A stretch of DNA of 64,000 nucleotides from an uncultured delta proteobacterium (GTDB lineage: Bacteria; Desulfobacterota; WTBG01; CAIYCZ01; CAIRTM01). The notes under the pieces were generated by a model, which saw nothing but the letters and a program-made list of their open reading frames with translations, was not told the origin of the DNA and did no database searches. Location: contig CAWDSQ010000001.1 of NCBI GenBank assembly GCA_963804955.1, positions 1-64,000 on the forward strand, read 5' to 3'. Below are positions 21,440 through 31,772 of the stretch, in pieces. The position numbers and the translations under genes were made by a program. Every line of letters begins with the position of its first letter. The stretch's first letter is position 1.

Positions 21440-22711
21440 ATGTCAGATGTAGTGATACAATCCGAAGGGCTGGGCAAGTCATATACAATAAGCCATCAGC
21501 ACCGGGAACGATATACGGCACTGCGCGACGTACTGACCAACAGGGTGAAAAATGCCTGGGGCCGCATCCGTAATTCGCACTATTATGATCATGACACTGT
21601 TGAGGAGTTTTGGGCCCTTAAAAACGCATCCTTTGAAGTCAAGCAGGGGGACCGCATCGGCATTATAGGGCGCAATGGCGCCGGCAAATCGACGCTTTTA
21701 AAAATTCTCAGCCGCATCACAGAGCCCACGACAGGCAGAGTTGAAATCACCGGCCGCGTGGCAAGCCTGCTTGAGGTGGGCACCGGCTTTCATCCGGAAC
21801 TGACCGGCAGGGAAAATATTTTTCTCAATGGCGCCATTCTTGGCATGAGCCAGGCGGAGATTAAAAAAAAGTTCGATGAGATTGTTGCTTTTGCCGAGGT
21901 TGAACAGTTTCTGGATACCCCCGTCAAGAGGTACTCAAGCGGCATGTATGTCCGTCTTGCTTTTGCTGTTGCAGCGCACCTTGAATCAGAGATTCTGCTT
22001 GTTGATGAAGTGCTGGCTGTGGGGGATGCAGCATTTCAGAAAAAATGCCTGGGGAAAATGCAGGATGTTTCCACTCAAAGCGACCGGACCATATTGTTTG
22101 TCAGTCATAATATGACGGCGATACAAAGCCTTTGCAGCAAGGGGATACTTTTGACAAAGGGCGGCATTCAAAAAATGGGTGCAATTGACAGTGTGACAAA
22201 TGAATATTTTTCAAATTTTTCCCACTGCCAGTTGCTCAACGAATGGGACTTCGATACTGCGCCCGGCAATGATGCTGTCCGGGTTAAAAAAGTGCATATA
22301 CTGCCCAAGTCAGATGAGCCGGTAATAAATGTAACAACGCCTTTAGAGGTTGTTACGGAATTTTTTATCTGTCAGGAGAGCGTCACCGTAAAGAGTGTTT
22401 CTATGGCACTAAAAAATATTAAGGGTGATTATATTTTTGCTTCCGTTACAGAATGCAACTTCACAAAAGGACTCAATAGGGCGGCTGTGCAGATACCGGG
22501 AAATTTTTTAAATGATGATACGTACACAATCGATTTTTACTTTGTTAAGGATACCACTGTTTTTTTTCTTCATCAGGATTGCCTGGTCTTTCAGGTGAAC
22601 GATATTCCAAGAGCAAGTACGGCGTATTTAGGTAAATGGGTAGGCGCCGTAAGGCCCACTTTGCATTGGAACTGCAGCCGCCTGGCTGATTATGTAGCGA
22701 CCGACATTTAA
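21440..22711 (+). CDS. wzt: Polysaccharide ABC exporter ATP-binding subunit with Wzt-C domain (second copy)
   Basis: [23 protein letters not shown] and DEVLAVGD motifs; C-terminal [11 protein letters not shown]. Confidence 0.92.
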   Translation: [423 protein letters not shown]

Positions 22712-22872
22712 AGTTCATAGATTCCGAAACCGTGCATGAACGGTGCATCGACTCGGAAAAAAAACTCGGTTGTTACCGGTCTCCTTGTTTCAGATTTTTT
22801 ACCAGTACAACCGATCGTTTTCACATATAGGGTCAAAAACTTTCTACACCCCAGCTTTTAAGACAACCGGAT

Positions 22873-23709
22873 ATGAAAATTATGGATCATATTTTTAAAA
22901 TCATGAAAATTATACTCCCTGCATATATTAAAAGATTTTTAGTAAAAACAATATTACCCTATCTTAACAGGGGAAATCAGAAAAAATATGGCTGCCCGGT
23001 TTGTGGAGCTAAGGTAGCAGATTTTAAATTATTATATGATGGTCACCTGAATGGTTTTGCAAAATATGGTTATATATATCCCTTATATTACTGGGAGACA
23101 TTTAATTATGTGAAGTACCGATGCCCTGAATGTGATGCAAGTGATCGCGACAGATTATACGCCCTGTTTTTAGTAAAAAAATTTGATTCTCTTGATAAAT
23201 TTAAAAAATACAAATTTATTGATTTTGCACCGGCACCGGCACTTTCGAAAATGATTTCCGGCTTTGATTTTATTGAATACCGCAGCGCAGATCTCATGAT
23301 GGAGCATGTCGATGACCGTGTTGATATTACCAACATGCAAATCTACAGCGACAACTCTTTTGATTTCCTCTTATGCTCCCATGTGCTGGAACATGTTGAG
23401 AATGATATTCTGGCCATGCAAGAACTTTACAGGATATTAAAACCGGGGGGGTGGGGAATTATTATGGTCCCCATATTGGTTACACTTGAAAAGTCTCATG
23501 AAGATCCTTCCCTTGTCAGTGAGGCCGACAGGTGGAAGTATTTTGGTCAGCATGACCATGTAAGAATGTATGCAAAAGGGGATTTTATTGACAGGCTCTC
23601 TGCCGCGGGTTTCAAGGTTCAGCTCTATGATGTGAATTATTTTTCCGAAAAAATTTTTGAATATAACGGTATTCTTTCAGGTTCAGTGCTTTATGTTGTC
23701 GAGAAATGA
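22873..23709 (+). CDS. Class I SAM-dependent methyltransferase with N-terminal CxxC pairs
   Basis: CPVC...CPEC, DFAP, FDFLLCSHVLEHV, RILKPGG and FGQHDHVRMY motifs. Confidence 0.85.
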   Translation: MKIMDHIFKIMKIILPAYIKRFLVKTILPYLNRGNQKKYGCPVCGAKVADFKLLYDGHLNGFAKYGYIYPLYYWETFNYVKYRCPECDASDRDRLYALFLVKKFDSLDKFKKYKFIDFAPAPALSKMISGFDFIEYRSADLMMEHVDDRVDITNMQIYSDNSFDFLLCSHVLEHVENDILAMQELYRILKPGGWGIIMVPILVTLEKSHEDPSLVSEADRWKYFGQHDHVRMYAKGDFIDRLSAAGFKVQLYDVNYFSEKIFEYNGILSGSVLYVVEK

Positions 23710-23746
23710 TACCTTCTGCTAATTATATTGCATTAAGGAAATTATA

Positions 23747-24613
23747 ATGAAGGATTCTGTCCTTGTGCTGGTTGCTAATGAAAAATATTTGCCATTTGCA
23801 AAAAAACTTTTTGGCAATGCCATAGCGGCCGGTAACTGGAAAGAAGATTTGCTTTTAATAACAAATGATGAAAATGTTAAGCCCTTTAAAATAGGCTCCC
23901 GGGATGTGCAGGTAAAACATGTCAGACCAATTGAGGAGAGCGATTTTTCATGGTCCGTGTACAACCAGATTGTTTGGAATAAACTCAATCTTTTTGAAGA
24001 GGATATGAAGCAGTGGGCACATATAGTCTATTTAGATTGTGATATAACCATTCAGGGAGATATTAATGAACTGAGAAGGGTTAAAGCTTTTTCTGCAGTG
24101 CCATATAAAGCATATAGATTAAATGCGCTTTTTCTCAATAGAGAAAGTCCAACTTATAAAGAACTTTTAAAAAATTTTGATTTGAACGCTTTACCCCTTA
24201 ATTCGGGAGTAATGGCATTTCCTTCCAGCATAATAAGCAATAAAACGTATAATGAAATGATTGAATTATATAAAAAATATAAATATATTATGTATAGTGA
24301 CGATGAGGTTTTAAACCTTTTTTACTATAAAAGATGGAAAAAGCTTAAAATAACATATAGCTACGATTTAGAACATTATAAGGAATATTTAATAAATAGA
24401 AAACCGCCAAGAATAATACATTATGTTCATGACAAATCATGGCAAAGTGTTATTGATCACGGGTATGGGATTCCAACAATATGGCAGGACAACATGTATG
24501 AGTTGTTACATATTCGAGTTTACCTTAAATTTCTTTTTAGAAGATTAAAAAGAATAGTCTTTAAACTTGTTTCTAAATTTTTATCTTTTTCTGGCTATAA
24601 AAAAACAGGATAA
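23747..24613 (+). CDS. Glycosyltransferase family 8
   Basis: IVYLDCD, LNSGVM, DDEVLN and IIHY motifs. Confidence 0.8.
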   Translation: MKDSVLVLVANEKYLPFAKKLFGNAIAAGNWKEDLLLITNDENVKPFKIGSRDVQVKHVRPIEESDFSWSVYNQIVWNKLNLFEEDMKQWAHIVYLDCDITIQGDINELRRVKAFSAVPYKAYRLNALFLNRESPTYKELLKNFDLNALPLNSGVMAFPSSIISNKTYNEMIELYKKYKYIMYSDDEVLNLFYYKRWKKLKITYSYDLEHYKEYLINRKPPRIIHYVHDKSWQSVIDHGYGIPTIWQDNMYELLHIRVYLKFLFRRLKRIVFKLVSKFLSFSGYKKTG

Positions 24614-24652
24614 ATTTATTTTTTATTTGCTATAGGAGTCTGTTTTTATTTA

Positions 24653-25444
24653 TTATTTTTTTTGAAAAATACCAATAATCATATGACTAAAAAAAGCACT
24701 GTTGATATTAAGAAATATTTTTGATATAAAATCGAATTTTTCTAATAATTTTTGTATTTTAAAAAGGGGGTATAATGAATATTTTTTATTATGAACGTCT
24801 CGCATATGATAATTTCCCAGAATAAATAAAGGATCAAATCCGCCAACATAATTTACATATATTAAATCCAAATTAAAATTTTTTCCAATTGTATTTAAGT
24901 AGTGTTTGCTCGATATTTTTAAGTTATGATGGCTCAGAAAGGATGTCATTTTGTAATATTTAAACAACATTTTATTAATCATTCCCGCCGTATTGGGGAT
25001 GACGAGCAAAAGATACCCTTTATTTTTCAACAATCTCAAATGTTTTTCAATAATTTCAGTCGGGTCCTCATAATGTTCTATAAAACCTATTGAATAAACA
25101 ATATCAAAATAATTTTCTGGCAATTCATCACTTAATATTTCGGTATTATAAATCCTTCCATTTATTCCAAAATGTTTTAGATTTTCAATTGTAAGTTGAT
25201 ATCCTATGGGCGCCGTATCACATCCTGAAACATTATAAGATAAATATTTGTTGAACCAAGCCAGCCACCTGCCCGGGGCGCAACCCACTTCAAATATTTT
25301 TATATCAGCATCATTAGGCAGATATTTTTGAAAAACATCAAGTAGTGCCTGATTCCAGCGAATTGCCTTATCGGCAATGACTGGAATTTTTATTCCATCC
25401 CAATATTTGTCCCAAAAATTTTTATCTGCTAATTCATTTTGCAT
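24653..25444 (-). CDS. Class I SAM-dependent methyltransferase
   Basis: FEVGCAPGRW, FDIVYSIGFIEHY and LKNKGYLLLVIPN motifs. Confidence 0.85.
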   Translation of the reverse strand: MQNELADKNFWDKYWDGIKIPVIADKAIRWNQALLDVFQKYLPNDADIKIFEVGCAPGRWLAWFNKYLSYNVSGCDTAPIGYQLTIENLKHFGINGRIYNTEILSDELPENYFDIVYSIGFIEHYEDPTEIIEKHLRLLKNKGYLLLVIPNTAGMINKMLFKYYKMTSFLSHHNLKISSKHYLNTIGKNFNLDLIYVNYVGGFDPLFILGNYHMRDVHNKKYSLYPLFKIQKLLEKFDFISKIFLNINSAFFSHMIIGIFQKK

Positions 25445-25584
25445 AAAATGACGCCAAAATATTTTTATTCTGTTTTAGTAGTGTTACAATGTTTTGTAAA
25501 GAAAACAAGCTGCAAAGATTTGAGCCCTGGTTATGCTGGAAATTTTAAGCGCTGACAGTTCGCTCGCGTCCTAAAACATACTTC

Positions 25585-26283
25585 TTACCCCTGCTCCCAA
25601 TCACGGCCGACTTTCAGTTCTCGCAAATAAAGCTTCAAAAACTCAAGACCTGTTTTTGTGCTCGGGGATCCTTCTCTTCCATCGATACGGGAATCCTCGT
25701 GAGTAGGGAATTCCGCAACTTTCAGCCCTTTTTTAAAACAACGTATCGAACTCTGATATTCAATCGTGTACCCCGGTCCATCGAGGGCCAGAATGTTCCA
25801 GGCGGATTTGGTGATAGCGCGGAACCCGTTGATCGTATCCGTCACAAAACCTGTCCGGTTCCAGGTAAGATTTGCCATGAGGTTGAATATATTATTCGCC
25901 CATTTCCGCCACTTGAAAAAAAGATCATCTTCCTCATTGTGAGCACCTTTTATCATTCGGGTCCCCACCACCATGTCATACCCCTGTTCGAGGAAGGGGC
26001 GGAATTTTGGAATATCCAGAGGATCTTCGTTGCCATCCGGGCTGAAAAACAAAAGCGCATCTCCCCGGGCTTTCTGAAAAGCGACTCGAAATGCCTCGCC
26101 CCTGCCTTTTACCGTCTGGCCATGAACCGTTATCCCGCGTTCCCGAAGGAATTCCGCCGTCCCGTCAGTGCTGCCGCCGTCAACGGCAAAAATCTCATCG
26201 ACCGCATCCTGCGGGATTCTGTCGAAAACAGCCTTCAGCCCTACAATTTCATTGTAGGTGAGGATCACCAGAGAAATTTTCAC
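25585..26283 (-). CDS. Polyprenyl-phosphate glycosyltransferase-like GT2 (DPM synthase family)
   Basis: LTYNE, VDGGSTDGT, FSPDGNEDP, DMVVGTR and TDTINGFRA motifs. Confidence 0.85.
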   Translation of the reverse strand: MKISLVILTYNEIVGLKAVFDRIPQDAVDEIFAVDGGSTDGTAEFLRERGITVHGQTVKGRGEAFRVAFQKARGDALLFFSPDGNEDPLDIPKFRPFLEQGYDMVVGTRMIKGAHNEEDDLFFKWRKWANNIFNLMANLTWNRTGFVTDTINGFRAITKSAWNILALDGPGYTIEYQSSIRCFKKGLKVAEFPTHEDSRIDGREGSPSTKTGLEFLKLYLRELKVGRDWEQG

Positions 26284-27206
26284 AGGTTCCTCAAAAACGA
26301 CGCATACGTGATTTTTACGCCCTGTTCCAGCGTGACGCGTGAAGTCCAGCCGAGGGCTTTCATCCGGCTCACATCGAGGAGTTTGCGATACATGCCATCG
26401 GGCTTGGTTGGGTCGAGTTTTATTTTTACGTCCAGGCCCACCACTCTTGCGATGGTTTCAGCAATTTCAACAATGCTCAGATCTTCCCCGATTCCCACAT
26501 TGACAGGGGCTTCGTCAGAATAATGCAACATGAGGTGAAGCAGCCCGTCGGCGCAGTCATCGCTGAGCATGAATTCGCGCCGGGGCTTCCCGGATCCCCA
26601 TACTTCGAGCTCATGGTTGCCCTCCTGCTTCAGGCGGTGCAGTTTGAGAATTATGGCCGGCACGAGGTGCGAACGCTCAAGATCGTAATGATCCCCGGGC
26701 CCATAGAGATTGGTCGGAATGGCGGAAATAAAATCACAGCCGTATTGTCTGCGATAGAACTGGCACATCCGCACTCCGGCAATTTTCGCAATGGCATACC
26801 CCTCATTCGTGGGTTCAAGCGGTCCGGTGAGTAGATCCTCTTCCCGGATGAACGTAGTGATGTTTGTCGGATAGATGCAGGAACTGCCAACAAAGAGCAG
26901 CTTTTTTACACCGTGGATACGGGCGGCTTCGATGACATTGCTCTGCATCTGGATGTTCTCGTAGAGAAAAGAGCCGGGCTCCTGCATGTTCGCCTTGATG
27001 CCACCGACTTTTGCAGCCGCAAGAAAAACAAATTCCGGTTTCTCCTTTTCAAAAAACCGGAAGGTCTGCTCCTGACTCATCAGATCGAGCTCCTGATGGG
27101 TTTTGAGAATCAGATTCTCGAACCCGCCTTTTTGCAACTGTCTGACACAAGCGGAACCGAGCAAGCCGCGGTGGCCGGCGACATAAATTTTTGCAGTAGG
27201 CTTCAT
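26280..27206 (-). CDS. fcl: GDP-L-fucose synthase family epimerase/reductase (Fcl/ColC-like)
   Basis: VAGHRGLLGS, AAAKVGGI, GSSCIYP, YAIAK, NLYGP and SHLVPA motifs; ATG overlaps the upstream TAA. Confidence 0.9.
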   Translation of the reverse strand: MKPTAKIYVAGHRGLLGSACVRQLQKGGFENLILKTHQELDLMSQEQTFRFFEKEKPEFVFLAAAKVGGIKANMQEPGSFLYENIQMQSNVIEAARIHGVKKLLFVGSSCIYPTNITTFIREEDLLTGPLEPTNEGYAIAKIAGVRMCQFYRRQYGCDFISAIPTNLYGPGDHYDLERSHLVPAIILKLHRLKQEGNHELEVWGSGKPRREFMLSDDCADGLLHLMLHYSDEAPVNVGIGEDLSIVEIAETIARVVGLDVKIKLDPTKPDGMYRKLLDVSRMKALGWTSRVTLEQGVKITYASFLRNL

Positions 27207-29071
27207 TATGATTGCACCGCTTTGGATTTGAAAAGCTGTTTGAACAAAATCCAACAGAAAAGCACCGCACTTAAAATCCGGTTCCGCTCATAATGCCCGG
27301 GGAATCCCTCCCGCTCAATCGTCGGGTATTCATCGATTATAAGTCCATGTTGGATCGCAAGAAGGGTCATCTCGAAAAACACGCTCTCCCCCCGCTCTGA
27401 AAGACGAAGACTGAGAAATGCGCTTTTCTTGAAAGCCCGGAAGAGGTTATTGCAGTCGGAAATATTGGAGTTAAACCCTATGTTCAGCAGAAAACTGAAA
27501 AACCGATTCCCGATAGAGCGAAAAAATGAGGCCCGTTGGGTCTGGCGTCCGCCGCCCGGCAGAAACCGGCTGGCAATCACAAGGTCAGCACCCTGATCGA
27601 GCTTGATGAGAAGGTTGTTCACGTCTTTCGGATCATCAGCTCCATCCGCACCCAGGATAACGATGTTCTCACAGGAGGAAGCCGTTACGGCCATTTTCAG
27701 AAGCTCGCCCTTGCCGCCTTTGGATTGAATAATTTTGAATCCATACCGGGCGAAATATTTTTCCACCTCTGAATCCATCTCTGATACGGCCAGGATGTAT
27801 TCATCAAACCGCTGCTCCTTCAGGCTTTCGGCAAACACCTTCGAGGATTCCTTAATCTGCAGGGAAAGCAAAATCAACGACCGTTTCTCATTGCGCGTGT
27901 GTTTGCTGCTGAAATAGTTCGTCATCACGTCAACGATGTGAGCCTTCTCCAGTTCGGACAATCCCTGGTGGGAAGCGATGTAAAAACCGTTATTGTTGAT
28001 CCACTTAGCCACCGGATAATCATCTTCGTTGATCGCCAGAGCTTCCTTGTAATACGGCTGGTTTGTCAGCGGCAGCATGTCGCGCGTTTCAACGCCGTTG
28101 GCTTCCAGGTAGTTCACGAGTTCGTTTTTGTTTTCATGGCGCAAGACGATCGGAAACATCATGAAAGCATGACCCGCACCGGGCCTGAGTGAGGGAAGCT
28201 GCATGTGCCCGGTAAGAGGTTTGAGCTTTTCGATGAGATACTGGCCGTTCTGCCAGCGTTTTTTCATCATGCCTTCATGGTCTTCCAGTTCAGCCAGTCC
28301 GAGCGCACCTTCCAGTTCGGTGACCCTCAGGCTGTACCCCATCTGAACGAATGAAAACCTCCGCTGGATTATCATCTGGAGCTCTTCCGGGCTCTTGTCC
28401 TTGTCATCGTCAATATTGAGGTAGATGGAATCCCGACCGTGATTCATCAGCGACCGAAGTGCGATTGCCAAATCCGGCTGGTTGGTGGTGCAAAGCCCGC
28501 CTACCCCGGTTGTTAAAATATGGGCGACATAGGTGGAGAAGCACCCTACATCCCCGAACGATCCAACAGACTTCCCGTTGAGGCGGGTGAACATCGTCTC
28601 GCACGAATCCTCGATCACGCGGAGCTTGTGCTCTTTCGCGATCGCCATGATGCGATCCATGTCGCACGGATGGCCGAAAAGATGCACCGGAATGATGCAG
28701 CGGGTGCGCTCGGTTATTGCGGCTTCGATTTTGTCAGGGTCGATCTCGTAATACACCGAATCCACATCCACGAACACAGGCTTCATGTTCAACTGCAGAA
28801 CTATGTTGGAAGTGGCGATGAACGTACAGGCAGGAACAATGACCTCGTCGCCGTCTGCCCAGCCAGATTTGTTTTTCAATGCTGCCAGCGCTATCATCAG
28901 CGCGCAGGTTCCGCTGGCGGTCATCACGGCGAATTTGCAATCATGAAAAGCTGCGAAGCGGGATTCAAATTTCTGGGTGTACGGGCCATAGGTAAGCCGC
29001 TCTGAGGTCAGAACATCATTAATGTAACGCCGTGCGCGCTCTGTGGTTTTAAAGGTTCCTACACCGATCAT
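27206..29071 (-). CDS. DegT-family PLP enzyme with His in place of the Schiff-base Lys (ColD/E1-like 3-dehydratase), fused to a C-terminal DPM-like GT2 domain
   Basis: TFIAT, IEDSCE and FSTYVAHILTTGVGG motifs; C-terminal GADGADDP, DLVIASRF and SDCNNLFRAF. Confidence 0.8.
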   Translation of the reverse strand: MIGVGTFKTTERARRYINDVLTSERLTYGPYTQKFESRFAAFHDCKFAVMTASGTCALMIALAALKNKSGWADGDEVIVPACTFIATSNIVLQLNMKPVFVDVDSVYYEIDPDKIEAAITERTRCIIPVHLFGHPCDMDRIMAIAKEHKLRVIEDSCETMFTRLNGKSVGSFGDVGCFSTYVAHILTTGVGGLCTTNQPDLAIALRSLMNHGRDSIYLNIDDDKDKSPEELQMIIQRRFSFVQMGYSLRVTELEGALGLAELEDHEGMMKKRWQNGQYLIEKLKPLTGHMQLPSLRPGAGHAFMMFPIVLRHENKNELVNYLEANGVETRDMLPLTNQPYYKEALAINEDDYPVAKWINNNGFYIASHQGLSELEKAHIVDVMTNYFSSKHTRNEKRSLILLSLQIKESSKVFAESLKEQRFDEYILAVSEMDSEVEKYFARYGFKIIQSKGGKGELLKMAVTASSCENIVILGADGADDPKDVNNLLIKLDQGADLVIASRFLPGGGRQTQRASFFRSIGNRFFSFLLNIGFNSNISDCNNLFRAFKKSAFLSLRLSERGESVFFEMTLLAIQHGLIIDEYPTIEREGFPGHYERNRILSAVLFCWILFKQLFKSKAVQS

Positions 29072-29191
29072 ACCTTAAGTCCCCGGGATTTTATGGAGGA
29101 TGTGGGGCATCCTGCTTATCGCTTAGTGGATACCAGATAGTTGTTTAAAATGTTTCTGAAATTAGCTTTGTTTCCGTCCGTAAGCCAAGAG

Positions 29192-31375
29192 TTACGGATG
29201 AACTGAAAACCCGACCTTTTTTTTGATCAGTATTTCTTTTATATACAGTTGCCGGTTAGGCTTATTCTCGTTATTCGAAAAATATATGTTAAAGCTTATA
29301 ATGTCGCCCTTTTGACAATTGAACACACCACTTCTAAGCACCTTTTCTTTTTCAACCGTCCACTCGCCTATAATTTTATCTTCCCCCCTCAGCCCATCTT
29401 TCCACTTTACTGATTCCAGCTTCATTAAAGGGAAAACACCCGCGCCGGGAGAACCGTATGCCGTAATCTCTACCTCATATTCCCCCTCTTCAAAAACAAC
29501 CGTTGGCGAGCAAAAAGGGGTGGTGATTTCCCAAGACATTTGATTTGACGTTGCAATCAATGGAGTTTTTTTTCTATAATTGCTGCCTTTAAAGTCGTTC
29601 AGTTTAAATTCAAAAAAATCCCTGCTGGTGTCCCAGGTTGCAGAATCGCAAAAATTTGCATCCACTTTTAATATATCAACCATTGGCGACATGGGAAACC
29701 AATCCAAAGGAAGACTGCCCTCACCAAAAGACTTAACAGCGGCAATATTTAAAAAAGACTTATTGTATTTTAACAAAATCGGGAGTTTTATATTATTCGT
29801 ATAATTTCTGCCCACTACAATATAGTCAAAACCTTCATTCCAGAACCAAACGGGATCTTTTTCAAGTTGCCCGATAAGAACGTACTTAAAACCAAGCTTA
29901 TCAAGATCTGGTTTGTACCATCTTAATTCATTTACTAAAGCAGCTTTTTGCGTCTGTTCGACATTCTTCTTCATCCATTCAACTGCCAAAACCCTTGAGT
30001 CTTTTGTATTATATGCTTCAAGAGACCAGTTTATTGCTTTGTATAAAGGGTTTGATAATACAAGAATAATTGCCAAGACAAAACAGGTTTTCCTGTATAC
30101 AGCAGGCGTTTTTATTTTTTTTAGAATTTCAGACGCAAAATTTAAAACCTGACAGATAAAGAGACCAGCAAAAATGCAAAGAAAAGCATTTACTGCCGTC
30201 ATATTGCGCATGAAATTTCCCTGCATAGTTGACATGTACAACACAAAAACTATGGGGTAGGCCAGCAGTATAAGGTGTACTCTCCAGTTGACAAAAAAGC
30301 CGGAAATCATCCCTAGAAAGGCAGAATAAAGAATAAAAATTCCTACCCCGCCACCACCACCCATGGCCCATCGGTCTTGGCAAAATGCGTGATAATAGTA
30401 AAGCAACTGTGTCCATATCGTATATTGTCCGGTTGGAATTTTCCCCGAGGCAATATCAGGATTACTGCTGAATACATTCCATCCTGGTGTGTGGCCGTAA
30501 TGCCAAATAGCCCATCCTGCGCCATTTTCAAAAAAACCGGGCAAATCACCAATAGAGTAAGGGCATCCGATAAGAAATCCTAAAGGAACAGTAACTAATA
30601 TAATCAAAATATCGGGATTAAATAATCTGCTCTTGTGCTTATTTAAAACATGAGCCAATAATGGCAAAATTACGACCGGCCAGGAATTATATTTAGCCGC
30701 TATGGATAATCCGGCCAGAAGGCCGGAAATCAGATACAGCTTTTTTTCTCCCCTGAGCATTAATAGAATAGAAGAAAATGCTGTTGCCAGAATAAAAAAT
30801 GCAGTTGGTACATCAACCGTAATCCAGATCGATAAACTAAGGTGCCCAAGGCAGCAGGCCAAAAATAATGAAGACAGCAATGCTGCGAGCAATGAGGAGT
30901 AATATCTGCTGCAAAGTAAATAGACAATGCCGACCGACAAAGTTCCGAAAAGGACTGTTAAACGCCTGCCCCATACATAGAAAACAGGGTGGCTTATCGT
31001 CCAGTACCATTCTGGTGTATCTGCATTTGTTAATATGTCCTTCAAAGGTAAGAATGTGGTGGTTAGTGGATCAGTAAGAATAGAAATGTAACAAAGAATT
31101 GCATTTATGGCGTGAATATATACTGTTAAATTCGGATATGTAGAATCATGTGGATTGAAATCCCCCGTTTTTAAAATCCTCAAGGCGGTGTGCATCAAGT
31201 GGGGTTCATCACAGTGCCAGGGATAGGGCAGCCCTGTTTGTATACCAAAGATCCTTAGATAATAAGCCAAACAGAGAACAAGGCCCAGCAAGAGCCATTC
31301 TTTGTTATCGTAGAGTATTTTAAAAATTCGCCTCATATAAACACATGATTTTCTTATTTTAAAAGGCACAATCAC
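29192..31375 (-). CDS. GT-C fold membrane glycosyltransferase (PMT/ArnT-like)
   Basis: LRIFGI...WHCDEP acidic loop, GLSIAAKYN, many TM segments and a soluble C-terminal domain; start may be slightly downstream. Confidence 0.8.
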   Translation of the reverse strand: MIVPFKIRKSCVYMRRIFKILYDNKEWLLLGLVLCLAYYLRIFGIQTGLPYPWHCDEPHLMHTALRILKTGDFNPHDSTYPNLTVYIHAINAILCYISILTDPLTTTFLPLKDILTNADTPEWYWTISHPVFYVWGRRLTVLFGTLSVGIVYLLCSRYYSSLLAALLSSLFLACCLGHLSLSIWITVDVPTAFFILATAFSSILLMLRGEKKLYLISGLLAGLSIAAKYNSWPVVILPLLAHVLNKHKSRLFNPDILIILVTVPLGFLIGCPYSIGDLPGFFENGAGWAIWHYGHTPGWNVFSSNPDIASGKIPTGQYTIWTQLLYYYHAFCQDRWAMGGGGGVGIFILYSAFLGMISGFFVNWRVHLILLAYPIVFVLYMSTMQGNFMRNMTAVNAFLCIFAGLFICQVLNFASEILKKIKTPAVYRKTCFVLAIILVLSNPLYKAINWSLEAYNTKDSRVLAVEWMKKNVEQTQKAALVNELRWYKPDLDKLGFKYVLIGQLEKDPVWFWNEGFDYIVVGRNYTNNIKLPILLKYNKSFLNIAAVKSFGEGSLPLDWFPMSPMVDILKVDANFCDSATWDTSRDFFEFKLNDFKGSNYRKKTPLIATSNQMSWEITTPFCSPTVVFEEGEYEVEITAYGSPGAGVFPLMKLESVKWKDGLRGEDKIIGEWTVEKEKVLRSGVFNCQKGDIISFNIYFSNNENKPNRQLYIKEILIKKKVGFSVHP

Positions 31376-31500
31376 ACATTTGCGTCACAGTATGCGATTT
31401 TTTTCGAAGCAAATGCGCCGCTGTCCAGACACATAGCGACGGCACCGGAATTAGTGCATCCGGCAAAAGTTTAAACAATAGGCTCGTATTTTCAATGTGT

Positions 31501-31536
31501 TCTATATCTCGAAGGATGGCTGTGAGTCAAGGCAAA
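31501..31536 (-). promoter_or_regulatory. Putative promoter, shares a 17-mer with 48973..48989
   Basis: Minus strand TTGACT-N18-TATAGA; CTGTGAGTCAAGGCAAA is identical in both copies. Confidence 0.5.
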
Positions 31537-31772
31537 AGCCAGCGCAAGCGGGTTGGAAAACCGCTTTAATGGCAATGTGGCGTTGGGTATAAACATCTTG
31601 TCGCGCGTTGTTCTGAGTGATATGTTGGAATATATAATTCGCATGGGTTTTATGGCACGAACCCTTCCCGTTTGTCCGGGCGTCACCATGTCAAACAGGG
31701 GTTTCTGTTTCAAAAAAAGCGCTGATTCAGGTATAATTAATTTTAAGAAACTAAAAAGGAGATGTTAAAGCG

